Source: Candidatus Bathyarchaeota archaeon
Lineage (GTDB): Archaea > Thermoproteota > CALKCG01 > B24 > DRYS01
Length of the DNA: 64,000 bases
Reading direction: 5' to 3'
Assembly (NCBI GenBank): GCA_018396535.1
Contig: JAGTQC010000002.1
Span: 1 to 64,000, forward strand
The translations under genes were made by a program, and so were the position numbers. Every line of letters starts with the position of its first letter. The stretch's first letter is position 1. The notes below the pieces were generated by a model. The model saw nothing but the letters and a program-made list of their open reading frames with translations. It did not search any database and was not told the origin of the DNA. Shown here piece by piece: positions 48,882 through 57,831 of this stretch.

Positions 48882-49309
48882 ATGAGTAGACCTTCAGATA
48901 TAGGTTCGATTAAACCAGGTATGTATGTAGTTATAGATGGGGAGCCATGCAGAGTTTTATCTGTAGATAAATCTAAACCCGGAAAAGCCTAGTAGGTGCT
49001 CGAAGCCTCTAGGCTCCGAAACATGGAAGCGCGAAAGCAAGGATAGTAGGCATAGGATTATTCGATAATGTTAAGAGATCTATAGTAGCACCAGTAGATG
49101 CAACTATCGATATACCTATAGTAGATAAGAGAGTTGGGCAGGTAATATCGATCATGGGGGATAGTGTTCAACTCATGGATTCAGAAACATACGAAACATT
49201 CGAATTGAATATACCAGAAGACCTTGAAGGAAGAGATAGATTAGCTCCAGGAGTAGAAGTCGAGTATTGGAGGATTATGGGCAGAAATAAGCTCGTGAGA
49301 GTTAAGTAA
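48882..49309 (+). CDS. eif5a: Translation factor aIF5A, join(48882..48985,49021..49309), 130 aa after removal of a 35-nt intron
   Basis: Not in the ORF track. Exon 1 is [35 protein letters not shown]. Exon 2 is [26 protein letters not shown]...[30 protein letters not shown]...[27 protein letters not shown] at 48869 and a TTTTTAAA TATA-like box at ~48834 lie upstream. Confidence 0.95.
48986..49020 (+). other. Putative BHB-type (tRNA-endonuclease-spliced) mRNA intron in aIF5A
   Basis: Central helix CGGA(48980-83)/UCCG(49015-18), AAA bulges (48984-86, 49019-21) and intron helix GCCUAG(48987-92)/CUAGGC(49009-14). Cuts after the second bulge nucleotide regenerate CCC GGA AAA CAT. Confidence 0.85.
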
Positions 49310-49354
49310 ACCCTTTATATCCGCATCATCTATAAAGTTATACCTGATTAAAGT

Positions 49355-49429
49355 GGGCCGGTAGCTCAGCCTGGTCAGAGCGTCCGGCTGATAACCGGAA
49401 GGTCGAGAGTTCGAATCTCTCCCGGCCCA
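49355..49429 (+). tRNA. tRNA-Ile(GAU), no intron, CCA not encoded
   Basis: GGGCCGG/CCGGCCC-A acceptor; TCCGG-CTGATAA-CCGGA anticodon arm; GAGAG-TTCGAAT-CTCTC T arm. Confidence 0.97.
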
Positions 49430-49704
49430 CTCTACCATACTTTTTCCCCGGATACTACCATTGCAATATCATATATTCTTCGAAGCAAGACTTTAACAAC
49501 CTTGTAAATGTATTCATAACCTTTCACATAAAAGTAATTCAACTGGATAGCTAGGATAGTATCGATAATCCCTAAACCTAGGTATCTATAGGAGATTCGA
49601 GATCTCATCGATGACGAAATTTATAGTTGAAGCGGGTAGAAAGAATCTGATGAATAATTTTTAGATCAATAGATTTTTACCACACACTATACTTAACTAA
49701 TGTT

Positions 49705-50256
49705 ATGCTTCGCTATCCTGCTCTACTATTATCCATCATATCGTTATCGATCCCACTCATCTCCATAGCCGTATCCATAGCAGCTTCAGATTGGTTTAGT
49801 ATAGCGGATAATGCCTTAAGCGATCTAGGCCATGCTATACGTAGCCCTGTAGCCCCCATATTCAACTTCGGGTTGAGTTTAGGTGGCCTCCTAGTATCCA
49901 TAGTATCGGTACTACATTTTAACAGAATGCATAAGGTACTATCTATAGGTGGAGCTCTAGTAGGGTATACGTTGATACTAGTCGCCGTCTTTGATGAAGT
50001 CTATCAGAATCTACACTTCACGGTATCTGTAGCATTCTTTCTATCTTTAGCATTCATGCTCTTAATCTACACATACCTATACAGGAACCCGCTATCCTTA
50101 CTCGCTTTAACCCTAGGATTACTATCATGGATGCTACACTTATACTATAGGATACCTAGAGGTGCTGCGATACCTGAGCTCATTTCGATAGCTGTGGTTA
50201 TACCATTCTATATAGATCTAGCTAGGAGAGTGGATCTAGCTATGTATGATCCATAA
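49705..50256 (+). CDS. DUF998 family membrane protein
   Basis: WFS..DNALSDLGH, FNFGL, LHF.VS..FF and GAAIPEL motifs. Confidence 0.85.
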   Translation: MLRYPALLLSIISLSIPLISIAVSIAASDWFSIADNALSDLGHAIRSPVAPIFNFGLSLGGLLVSIVSVLHFNRMHKVLSIGGALVGYTLILVAVFDEVYQNLHFTVSVAFFLSLAFMLLIYTYLYRNPLSLLALTLGLLSWMLHLYYRIPRGAAIPELISIAVVIPFYIDLARRVDLAMYDP

Positions 50257-50270
50257 TTATACCTCTAACA

Positions 50271-50798
50271 TTATCCAGCCCCACTTACCTCCTTCTCTAG
50301 ATTCACTATATCGCTGGGCTTCAATATAGAGATACCCGTCATCGGACCTACGATCTCTATGAGTACTATCTTATCTGGATTCTCTAAATCAACCTTCCTA
50401 TCTATCAATTTAGCAGCCTCGACTATGATTTCCCTACTACCTAGTTGCGTATGCCTCTTCTCGATAGTTATACGGAACTTCTCGTTCTCCTTTATCATAT
50501 CCTTCAGCTCCCTAACAGCATCAACTATAGCTTCAATCCTAGACTGTACATACCTCTGTATAGGTATAATCCTCTTAACAACCCCTACCCTATCAGGGTT
50601 CGCTTTTACATAATCCCTAATCCTCCTAACAGCCTCTATAGGATCAAGTCTAGTTTTAGCTAGTATGAGACCGCTAATATCTGTCTCCCATGCTTCAGCT
50701 TCACTATCCCCTACTTCTGATAAAAGATCCTTTATATTATAGACAGCATCGAATTCCATTCCTCTCGGACAGGTTACTATAAGGTTAAACTCCCTCAT
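50271..50798 (-). CDS. THUMP-domain protein (Tan1-like tRNA modification adaptor)
   Basis: FNLIVT, KFRITIEKR and KVDLENPDKIVLIEIVG motifs. Confidence 0.92.
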   Translation of the reverse strand: MREFNLIVTCPRGMEFDAVYNIKDLLSEVGDSEAEAWETDISGLILAKTRLDPIEAVRRIRDYVKANPDRVGVVKRIIPIQRYVQSRIEAIVDAVRELKDMIKENEKFRITIEKRHTQLGSREIIVEAAKLIDRKVDLENPDKIVLIEIVGPMTGISILKPSDIVNLEKEVSGAG

Positions 50799-50877
50799 AA
50801 CACCAATATTATGTTGATCTATCTAGAATATTAAGGATTAAATCTACATCTATAGAATAGGGAGGTAACCAGTATAG

Positions 50878-51870
50878 ATGCGGAGAGCATCGATCATAGT
50901 ACCTGTCAAAAACTGCGAATCAACTATATCCGATCTACTATCATCCATAGCGAACTTAGATTATCCTAAAGATCTACTTGAAGTTATAGTAGTCGACGGC
51001 GGATCGACCGATAGAACGATCGAAATAGCATCTAGATACCCAGTAGAGATAATAGAGGAGCCAGGATTAGGCCCTGGATATGGTAGGATGATTGGGGTTA
51101 AACATTCTAGAGGCGATATACTAGCATTTACAGATGGAGATTGTATAGTTCCTAGCGGATGGCTGAAGACTATATCTAAAGATCTTGAAGATTCGACAAT
51201 AGGTTGTGTAGGTGGAAGTGTACTACTGGATAGACGTTATAGTATAGGCTTCTCAGCTAGATACTTTGAAGAATCCATCATAAGAGTCATGCCCCTCTCA
51301 CACGAAAGAAGAATATACCATACACTTCTACCATTTAAACATCTTGCTTTCGCAAATCTAGCTACTAGGAGAGATGTTCTCGAAGCTGTAGGAGGCATAG
51401 ATACGGTATTCAAAACATTCGAGGATATGGATCTATTACAACGTATATGCGACCATGGCTATAAGATTCTCTTCGATCCAGACGTCTATGTATGGCATAA
51501 GCATAGACAGACTATTAAAGGATTATTGAAACAGGTCTATAACTATGGAGCTGGTGGCCCCAGATTTAGAAGAAAGCATCCGCGAAGCGTGATAACACGA
51601 TGGTATAGAGCTGGACTCCTCCTATTCTATTCCATGCTATCAATTATAGCTATCAGTACAGCATTATCCCCTATCTATGGACTCGCATCATCGTCACCCA
51701 TAGTCTTAGGATACATTGGCAGTCTCATCCATTATTTTCGAAAAACCAACTCTATGGTGAAATCTATAGTATACCCCGCGATAGATATAGCTGTGATAGT
51801 AGCCTTCTGTATAGGGGATACCGTATCGAATCTGAAAACACTATATAGCAGATCTAAGAATAAGAAATAG
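50878..51870 (+). CDS. Family 2 glycosyltransferase with C-terminal TM helices
   Basis: SIIVP, VVDGGSTDRT, FTDGDC and FEDMD motifs. Confidence 0.92.
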   Translation: MRRASIIVPVKNCESTISDLLSSIANLDYPKDLLEVIVVDGGSTDRTIEIASRYPVEIIEEPGLGPGYGRMIGVKHSRGDILAFTDGDCIVPSGWLKTISKDLEDSTIGCVGGSVLLDRRYSIGFSARYFEESIIRVMPLSHERRIYHTLLPFKHLAFANLATRRDVLEAVGGIDTVFKTFEDMDLLQRICDHGYKILFDPDVYVWHKHRQTIKGLLKQVYNYGAGGPRFRRKHPRSVITRWYRAGLLLFYSMLSIIAISTALSPIYGLASSSPIVLGYIGSLIHYFRKTNSMVKSIVYPAIDIAVIVAFCIGDTVSNLKTLYSRSKNKK

Positions 51871-51878
51871 AATTAAGC

Positions 51879-52769
51879 CTAGATAGATGCATATTCACGA
51901 TAGTACTCCTCTATATCATCCCTAGATAATCTACCCCTATGGAGCATTATCCTATATCTGAACTTAACATTTGACCCCCTATCTATCTTCATACTACCAT
52001 CTACATCTTTTCTCCCTTCAAAATCCCTTAGACCAAAGCAGTTGACCGCGAAGAGCCCATATGCTCTTACATGCCAGTATGTGGGATGCCTAGGATTACT
52101 AGGATGATCGAATATAGTTATACCCACTATCTCTCCATCAACTCTACCCGTATAATCGCACCACCTAGCTCTCTTACCCCAACACTGAGGTTCACCTACA
52201 CCCCCCTCGGAATTCATTATAACTCCACCACCCACAGATTCTCTCATACTATCTACAACCCTCAATGCGACAATACCCCCCTCCTTAGTATCCCCCAAAG
52301 TTACATCCCCGTAACTCGCTCGAAACTCTACCTCATAATCTATAAGCCTAATATCGTTTCGAGTTTTCCAAAATGCTACAACCCTACTTTCATCCATAAG
52401 CCTCCCACCTTCTACAGATAACCAAAGGTTTATGGAATTCAATACGCATACATCACTTCTCAGCGATATAGTTGGGTTATCTGCACATTTTATAAATCCA
52501 GCAGTAGGTTTCTCACTCCATAAATCAACGCCGTTTACATCTCCATGCGCAGTCCATAGAGATCTATGATGTATATGATCTGGCGGCTCATCCCTAGTAA
52601 CCATCATACCTTTAGGAGCATATATTGGGTAGAAATATGGCTTACGAATACCTCCACCATACCTGTATATCGCTATCAGCGTATCATCCTCAAATACCTC
52701 TAAGAAGCCATCCCTGACTAATCGAACCGAGAACACCATTCCATGACACCAATCCTTAATACTCTGCAA
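51879..52769 (-). CDS. Soluble beta-sandwich protein of the Pfam 'PmoA' (PF14100-like) family; not particulate methane monooxygenase
   Basis: KPYFYP, DHIHHRSLW.HGDVNG, WGKRARWCDY and DHPSNPRHPTYWHVR motifs. Confidence 0.75.
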   Translation of the reverse strand: MQSIKDWCHGMVFSVRLVRDGFLEVFEDDTLIAIYRYGGGIRKPYFYPIYAPKGMMVTRDEPPDHIHHRSLWTAHGDVNGVDLWSEKPTAGFIKCADNPTISLRSDVCVLNSINLWLSVEGGRLMDESRVVAFWKTRNDIRLIDYEVEFRASYGDVTLGDTKEGGIVALRVVDSMRESVGGGVIMNSEGGVGEPQCWGKRARWCDYTGRVDGEIVGITIFDHPSNPRHPTYWHVRAYGLFAVNCFGLRDFEGRKDVDGSMKIDRGSNVKFRYRIMLHRGRLSRDDIEEYYREYASI

Positions 52770-53583
52770 AAAACCTCTTAAGATTTTCTATACTAATCTT
52801 AACAGCACCAGCCGGATCCTCCTCTCTCCTTAAAATCTCTACGGATACGTAACCCTTAAATCCGATTTTCCTCAAGCTTCTAACGACTGCCCTATAATCG
52901 GCGGATCCGAAACCAGGCCCACCCATATTATCATCGTTAGCATGAAAATGCATAAGATATCTCCCACCCTTTTCTATCTGTCTATCAATAGGCTCATCCG
53001 CACCAGTCATAGCGTACACATCTAGTATAAGCCTGAAATTAGGATGATTCACATCCTCTATAAGCTTGATAGCTTCATCTACCGTATTTATGAAGTTAGT
53101 CATCCCTTTCCTTAGAGGTTCTATACATATATAGACGTCGTATTGCTCAGCATACATCGAACATCTTCTAAATATATCTGCAGCCCATCTCCATGCATCT
53201 GCATGATTAACTCCCTCAGGTATACTTCTCTGAGCTGGAGAACCGAAGACTATAATCTTACCGTCGAGATCACTACAAAAGTCTATCAACGCCCTTAGAT
53301 AAGATTCCGTTCTCTCTCTCACGTTAGAATAGGGACTCGTTAGATGAACACCTTCGACACCTCTAAGAACCCAGTGTATTCCGACGATCTCTATATCGAA
53401 GCTTTCAGCATCATTTCTTATAGATCTCCTCGTATCTTTATCAACATCTGTAACCCTACTAGCTATGGTGAACGGGGCTATCTCAACACCGTTATACCCA
53501 ATGCTCGATACGTACTCGAAAACACGTCTAAGACTCCATCCTTCAAATACCTCATTACATACAGCAAATCTGGGCATACTCAT
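52756..53583 (-). CDS. Ketose 3-epimerase-like sugar phosphate isomerase/epimerase
   Basis: GYNGVEIAPF, FGSP.QR, IEPL, LDVY, HFHAND, PGFG and SVE motifs. Confidence 0.88.
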   Translation of the reverse strand: MSMPRFAVCNEVFEGWSLRRVFEYVSSIGYNGVEIAPFTIASRVTDVDKDTRRSIRNDAESFDIEIVGIHWVLRGVEGVHLTSPYSNVRERTESYLRALIDFCSDLDGKIIVFGSPAQRSIPEGVNHADAWRWAADIFRRCSMYAEQYDVYICIEPLRKGMTNFINTVDEAIKLIEDVNHPNFRLILDVYAMTGADEPIDRQIEKGGRYLMHFHANDDNMGGPGFGSADYRAVVRSLRKIGFKGYVSVEILRREEDPAGAVKISIENLKRFFAEY

Positions 53584-53749
53584 CGTACTACATCGCTCAT
53601 CGTATTAACTTAATATTTAAAGTTATTCTCGACCAGCCTGTAAACTATAAACTGGAAGCTAGTTAGCCTACAGAGCTTCACTCGCTGCTCAGATTTGGAC
53701 TCTAAATCAGTAAAACTTAACTATGGGTTATTAAAATACTTATAGTTTT

Positions 53750-55180
53750 ATGCATACGCGGGTTATGAGAAAACGTAATAGTTTAGCGGTAAGCCTTGCA
53801 GTATTCCTCATCTGCACAGTAGTAGCTGTAGTAGTAGCAGGTATAGCAGGATACTATATAGGTCATGATGGGGGCTATCGCTCAGGATATAATGCCGGCT
53901 ATAACGAAGGATATGGCAAGGGTCGAGATGAAGGCTTGGTAGCTGGTGCGCAAGCAGCCTACCGTGAAGGCTATAATACAGGTTATAGCACAGGTTATCG
54001 TCACGGCTTCTCCAACGGTACACTTAATGTTGCTAAAGCATTGTATATGGGGCTTAAAGATAGGATATTAAGAGAGATCGTACAAGTATCTGCACCCAAC
54101 CTCCCATCAAAGATAAAGGTCGGGTGTCTAATGGCCTTAACAGGCGAATTAGGGCCTATGGGTGTCGAGATAGCTAAAGGTGCTCAGCTAGCCGTAGCTC
54201 TCGTAAATCGCCTTGGAGGTGTAGCTGGTAGACCTGTAGAGCTTATACTAGAAGATACCGGTACAGATCCTAGTAAAGCTTTAACAGCTTGTAAGAAACT
54301 AGTCGAGGTCGACGGTGTCAAGGTTATAGTAGGCCCTATGGCTAGTGGTGAAGTTATGGCTGTAGGAAGTTATGTTAACGAGAGAAAAGTCGTACTAGTA
54401 TCTCCATCAGCTACATCACCATACATAACTCTAAACTTCCCAGATGACTACGTATTCAGAGTCGTAGGCAGCGATACAGCTCAAGCTAAAGCTCTAGTTA
54501 AGCTAGCTCTGGATGCAGGTTGTAGGAAGATAGCGACTTTAGTTATGGATAACCCATATGGTGTAGGTATAGAGGATGTAGTTTCATCTCTTATAAAAGA
54601 TAAAATAGTACTCAAGGTGAGATACGACCCTAAGAAGATGGATTTCAGAACAGAGTTAACACAGATTAAAGGCGCAGGCGTAGATGGCGTTATATATGTA
54701 GGCTATTATGAAGATGGTCGTGTAATGTTTAGACAAGCCTTAGAGCTAGGTTTAGATAATATAAAGTGGTTTGCAGCAGAAGGTGTATACGGAGAACCAA
54801 TGCTAGTAGTTCCTGAATCCGCTGAATTCATGTATAGAGCCGTATTAGGTACTAGACCTCTACCTCCACTTATATCGTTCTATGATGAATTCTTAGAGGA
54901 ATACGAAGCAGTATTCGGAGCTAAACCAGCAGCCCCATACATAGAGTATTGCTTTGACGCTACACTTATGCTCTTAGAGGCTATAGCTAAAGCAGGGGTA
55001 TATGATGGAGCAGCTATAAAAGAGAAGCTGATGGAAATATCAAGCTCCTTCCTAGGTGCTTCAGGCTATAAAGCCTTTGACAGCGTAGGAGATCAGCTTA
55101 TGCAGATATATTCAACATGGAAAGTTGTCAAAGATGATGGTAAATATAAGATAATAGATGTAGGAGCCATAACACCATAG
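53750..55180 (+). CDS. Branched-chain amino acid ABC substrate-binding protein with N-terminal TM and GYxx-repeat stalk
   Basis: IKVG..ALTG, NRLGGVAGRPVEL..EDT, SPSATSP and FRVV motifs. Confidence 0.92.
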   Translation: MHTRVMRKRNSLAVSLAVFLICTVVAVVVAGIAGYYIGHDGGYRSGYNAGYNEGYGKGRDEGLVAGAQAAYREGYNTGYSTGYRHGFSNGTLNVAKALYMGLKDRILREIVQVSAPNLPSKIKVGCLMALTGELGPMGVEIAKGAQLAVALVNRLGGVAGRPVELILEDTGTDPSKALTACKKLVEVDGVKVIVGPMASGEVMAVGSYVNERKVVLVSPSATSPYITLNFPDDYVFRVVGSDTAQAKALVKLALDAGCRKIATLVMDNPYGVGIEDVVSSLIKDKIVLKVRYDPKKMDFRTELTQIKGAGVDGVIYVGYYEDGRVMFRQALELGLDNIKWFAAEGVYGEPMLVVPESAEFMYRAVLGTRPLPPLISFYDEFLEEYEAVFGAKPAAPYIEYCFDATLMLLEAIAKAGVYDGAAIKEKLMEISSSFLGASGYKAFDSVGDQLMQIYSTWKVVKDDGKYKIIDVGAITP

Positions 55181-55204
55181 ATCAGCTGGGGGATCAAAAT
55201 ATAA

Positions 55205-56104
55205 ATGTATACACTGAATCTCCCTCAAATATTTTTTAATTCTATAATAACTGGGAGCATATTTATGCTTGCAGCTATAGGCTTAAGCCTATCCTATAGC
55301 CTATCTCGTTTCCCGAATTTTGCTCATGCAGAATACATAACCTTAGGAGGGTACATCGGTTTTCTTCTATTTGAACAGTTGAATATGCACCTCTATATAG
55401 CGTTCACAGCTTCTTTCCTAGTATCTGGGCTTCTCTCTCTACTATCCTATACGGTTCTATTCAAGCCTCTCCAAGATAGGGGGGCCCCCATGGTTTATCT
55501 TATGGTTGCATCCATAGGTTTAGGTATAACCATTAGACACATAATTCAACAGATATGGGGTGGATCCCCTTTAACTATAAGAGCCGTATGGCCTAGATGG
55601 GATATAGGACCTCTAACGATCTCGGGTCTCTATCTATACCTAATAGCTACGGTTATCTCAACATCTATAGTACTACACTTACTACTAGCTAGCACTATTA
55701 TAGGTAAATGTATTAGAGCGGTATCTGATAATATAGAGCTAGCTTCCTCAGTAGGTGTGAATGTGGATAATGTATCTAGGTTTGTATGGTTTGTAGGAGG
55801 GGGGTTAGCAGGTTTATCAGGGTTTTTCATGGTAGCTATAGCTAACGCTATACCTCTCTTAGGTTGGAGACTGCTAATACCCGCATTCGCCGTAACGGTT
55901 TTGGGAGGAGTGGGCAGCTTCTATGGAGCTTTAATTGCAGCTTATACTCTCGGCTTTGCTGAGAATATAAGTGTAATAGGTTTAACCGCTCTAGGTCTAC
56001 CTACAGATCTGAAAATGCTCGTTTTCTTCATTACGATAGTCGTCGTATTATTAGCTAAACCTGAAGGTATAATCGCATCGATAAGGAGGGGTTTACGTGT
56101 CTGA
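55205..56104 (+). CDS. livH: ABC permease LivH
   Basis: NFAHAE, IRAVSDN..LA and VLGGVGS..GA motifs. Confidence 0.92.
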   Translation: MYTLNLPQIFFNSIITGSIFMLAAIGLSLSYSLSRFPNFAHAEYITLGGYIGFLLFEQLNMHLYIAFTASFLVSGLLSLLSYTVLFKPLQDRGAPMVYLMVASIGLGITIRHIIQQIWGGSPLTIRAVWPRWDIGPLTISGLYLYLIATVISTSIVLHLLLASTIIGKCIRAVSDNIELASSVGVNVDNVSRFVWFVGGGLAGLSGFFMVAIANAIPLLGWRLLIPAFAVTVLGGVGSFYGALIAAYTLGFAENISVIGLTALGLPTDLKMLVFFITIVVVLLAKPEGIIASIRRGLRV

Positions 56105-57080
56105 TCCAGCGATCTTCATAATGCACATAGCCTACAAGATCGGAGTTTATGGTATAGCAGCTTTAAGTCTCAATATAGAATATGGGTATACAGGTCTATC
56201 CAATTTTGGTAAAGCGGCATTCCTCATGATAGGCGCATACACAGCTGCGATAGCACTCGAGAATGGTCTACATCCCGTCATAGCTATAATCCTATCTGTA
56301 ATTATATCTGGTGTTATAGGTCTACTAGCATCTGCTTTTACATTAAAGTTTAGAGAGGATTATCTAGCTATAACACTACTAGCCTTTGCTGAGATCACTA
56401 GACTTATAATACGGAGCTTCGATGACTCCGCAAAAGCTTTAACCAGATTGATAACCGGTATGGAAAACTACGTTAACATATTCGGCGGGGTTCACGGTAA
56501 AGTAGTAAGAAGCTTCATAAGCATCATAGGCGATTACAGGCTATACAATGTAGCTCAGCTATGTCTAGCCTACGGATTTCTAATATTCTCCTACATATTC
56601 GTAAAACTACTGTTAGACTCACCTTATGGCCGTGTTCTCAGAGCTATCAGGGAGGATGAGCTTGCCTCTCAAACACTAGGTAAGGAGACATGGCGTTATA
56701 AACTACAAGTTATAATCCTAGGCTCCATGCTTGCAGGGTTAGCTGGTGCTTTAATCGCACAGTTTGAAGGATATATAAGTCCTGAAAGCTTCCAACCCCA
56801 TCTAACTTTCGCTATATGGATGATGGTTATACTCGGTGGTGTAGGGAATAACCTGGGAGTTATCCTAGGAGCCGCTCTTGTAGAATCTATAGAAGCAGCT
56901 GCTTTATTCATTAAAGGCTTCCTCGGCTATCTGCCATTAGATCCTATAAATATACAGTGGATATTTGTCGGTATATCTATCATAGTAATCGTAGCATTCA
57001 AACCTAAGGGTCTCGTAGAAGAACGCCCTATCAAAACACCCGCCATGGAGGTGGCTATAGCTGGCTCTACTAGAGATTAG
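56097..57080 (+). CDS. livM: ABC permease LivM
   Basis: GYTGLSNFG, DYLAITLL, SPYGRVLRAIREDE and ILGGVGN motifs. Confidence 0.92.
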   Translation: MSDPAIFIMHIAYKIGVYGIAALSLNIEYGYTGLSNFGKAAFLMIGAYTAAIALENGLHPVIAIILSVIISGVIGLLASAFTLKFREDYLAITLLAFAEITRLIIRSFDDSAKALTRLITGMENYVNIFGGVHGKVVRSFISIIGDYRLYNVAQLCLAYGFLIFSYIFVKLLLDSPYGRVLRAIREDELASQTLGKETWRYKLQVIILGSMLAGLAGALIAQFEGYISPESFQPHLTFAIWMMVILGGVGNNLGVILGAALVESIEAAALFIKGFLGYLPLDPINIQWIFVGISIIVIVAFKPKGLVEERPIKTPAMEVAIAGSTRD

Positions 57081-57831
57081 AAAATTATCGAAAAGTTTCG
57101 GTGGGCTAAAAGCCGTAAACTCAGTCGATCTAGATGTAGAGGAGGAAAGTATAACCGGGCTTATAGGTCCTAACGGCAGCGGGAAAACTACTTTATTCAA
57201 TATGATCTCTGGTGTTGTGCAGAGGGATAGCGGCGAGATATGGTTTATGAAGGAGCGTATAGATGGTCTCCAGCCGTTCAAGATCTATGCGAAGGGTATA
57301 GTTAGAAGCTTCCAAATACCAAGACTATTTTGGAGGCTTACCGTCTTAGACAACATGTTGATAGCAGCTAGAGAATTTATAGGTGAAAGCTTTACAGGAA
57401 CATTATTCAGAAGGGGTAAATGGGTATCAGAAGAGAGGAAGCTTGTAGATAAAGCTCTAGATATACTTAGGTTACTAGGATTGTCTGAGTCGGCTTTCAG
57501 ATTTGCATATCAGCTTTCAGGAGGACAGATGAAGCTTCTAGAGATAGGTAGAGCTCTAATGGCTGATCCCAAGCTTCTTCTTTTAGATGAGCCTACAGCT
57601 GGTGTTCATCCCAAACTTGCACAGGATATATTCAGGAAGATAGAAGAGATACGGAGAATATACGGTACAGCAGTCTTCGTTATAGAGCATAGAGTTGAAA
57701 CATTATTCTCTTATGCAGATTGGGTATACGTTATGGATAATGGTAGCCTCATATATAGTGGTAAACCTAGCGGCGTAGTTCTAGATGCCAGGGTTCAGAA
57801 AGCGTATCTAGGTGATATATATGTTGCTTAG
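57061..57831 (+). CDS. livG: ABC ATPase LivG; true start is upstream of the tracked ATG 57202, probably CTG 57061
   Basis: The frame upstream of 57202 reads LALLEIRKLSKSFGGLKAVNSVDL...GLIGPNGSGKTTLFN (Walker A) and is bounded by TAG 57058-60. SD GGAGGTG at 57047-53. Confidence 0.9.
   Translation: MALLEIRKLSKSFGGLKAVNSVDLDVEEESITGLIGPNGSGKTTLFNMISGVVQRDSGEIWFMKERIDGLQPFKIYAKGIVRSFQIPRLFWRLTVLDNMLIAAREFIGESFTGTLFRRGKWVSEERKLVDKALDILRLLGLSESAFRFAYQLSGGQMKLLEIGRALMADPKLLLLDEPTAGVHPKLAQDIFRKIEEIRRIYGTAVFVIEHRVETLFSYADWVYVMDNGSLIYSGKPSGVVLDARVQKAYLGDIYVA

Noticed and set aside
48990-48995. TAG readthrough (pyrrolysine) or programmed frameshift in aIF5A
   Set aside because: The downstream half is in a different frame, and recoding would insert about 12 residues into the invariant GKHG loop.
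48979-49021. aIF5A insert as a MITE or target-site-duplication scar (CCGGAAA ... CCGAAA), making the gene a pseudogene
   Set aside because: The repeat is imperfect and follows from the self-complementary helix plus AAA bulges. Both exons are undegraded and canonical EndA cuts restore the frame exactly. It remains the fallback if no splicing is found.
49241-49438. 65-aa ORF on the minus strand (likewise 60946..61134)
   Set aside because: These are antisense shadows of tRNA genes (GRDSNSRP and GFEPAT signatures).
49605-49653. Possible second box C/D sRNA (ATGACGA ... TTGA ... CTGA)
   Set aside because: There is no convincing C' box, guide spacing is irregular, and I recognise no rRNA or tRNA complement.
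51879-52769. Methane monooxygenase, from the 'PmoA' family name
   Set aside because: This is a soluble beta-rich protein beside a sugar epimerase, with no TM helices and no pmoB or pmoC.
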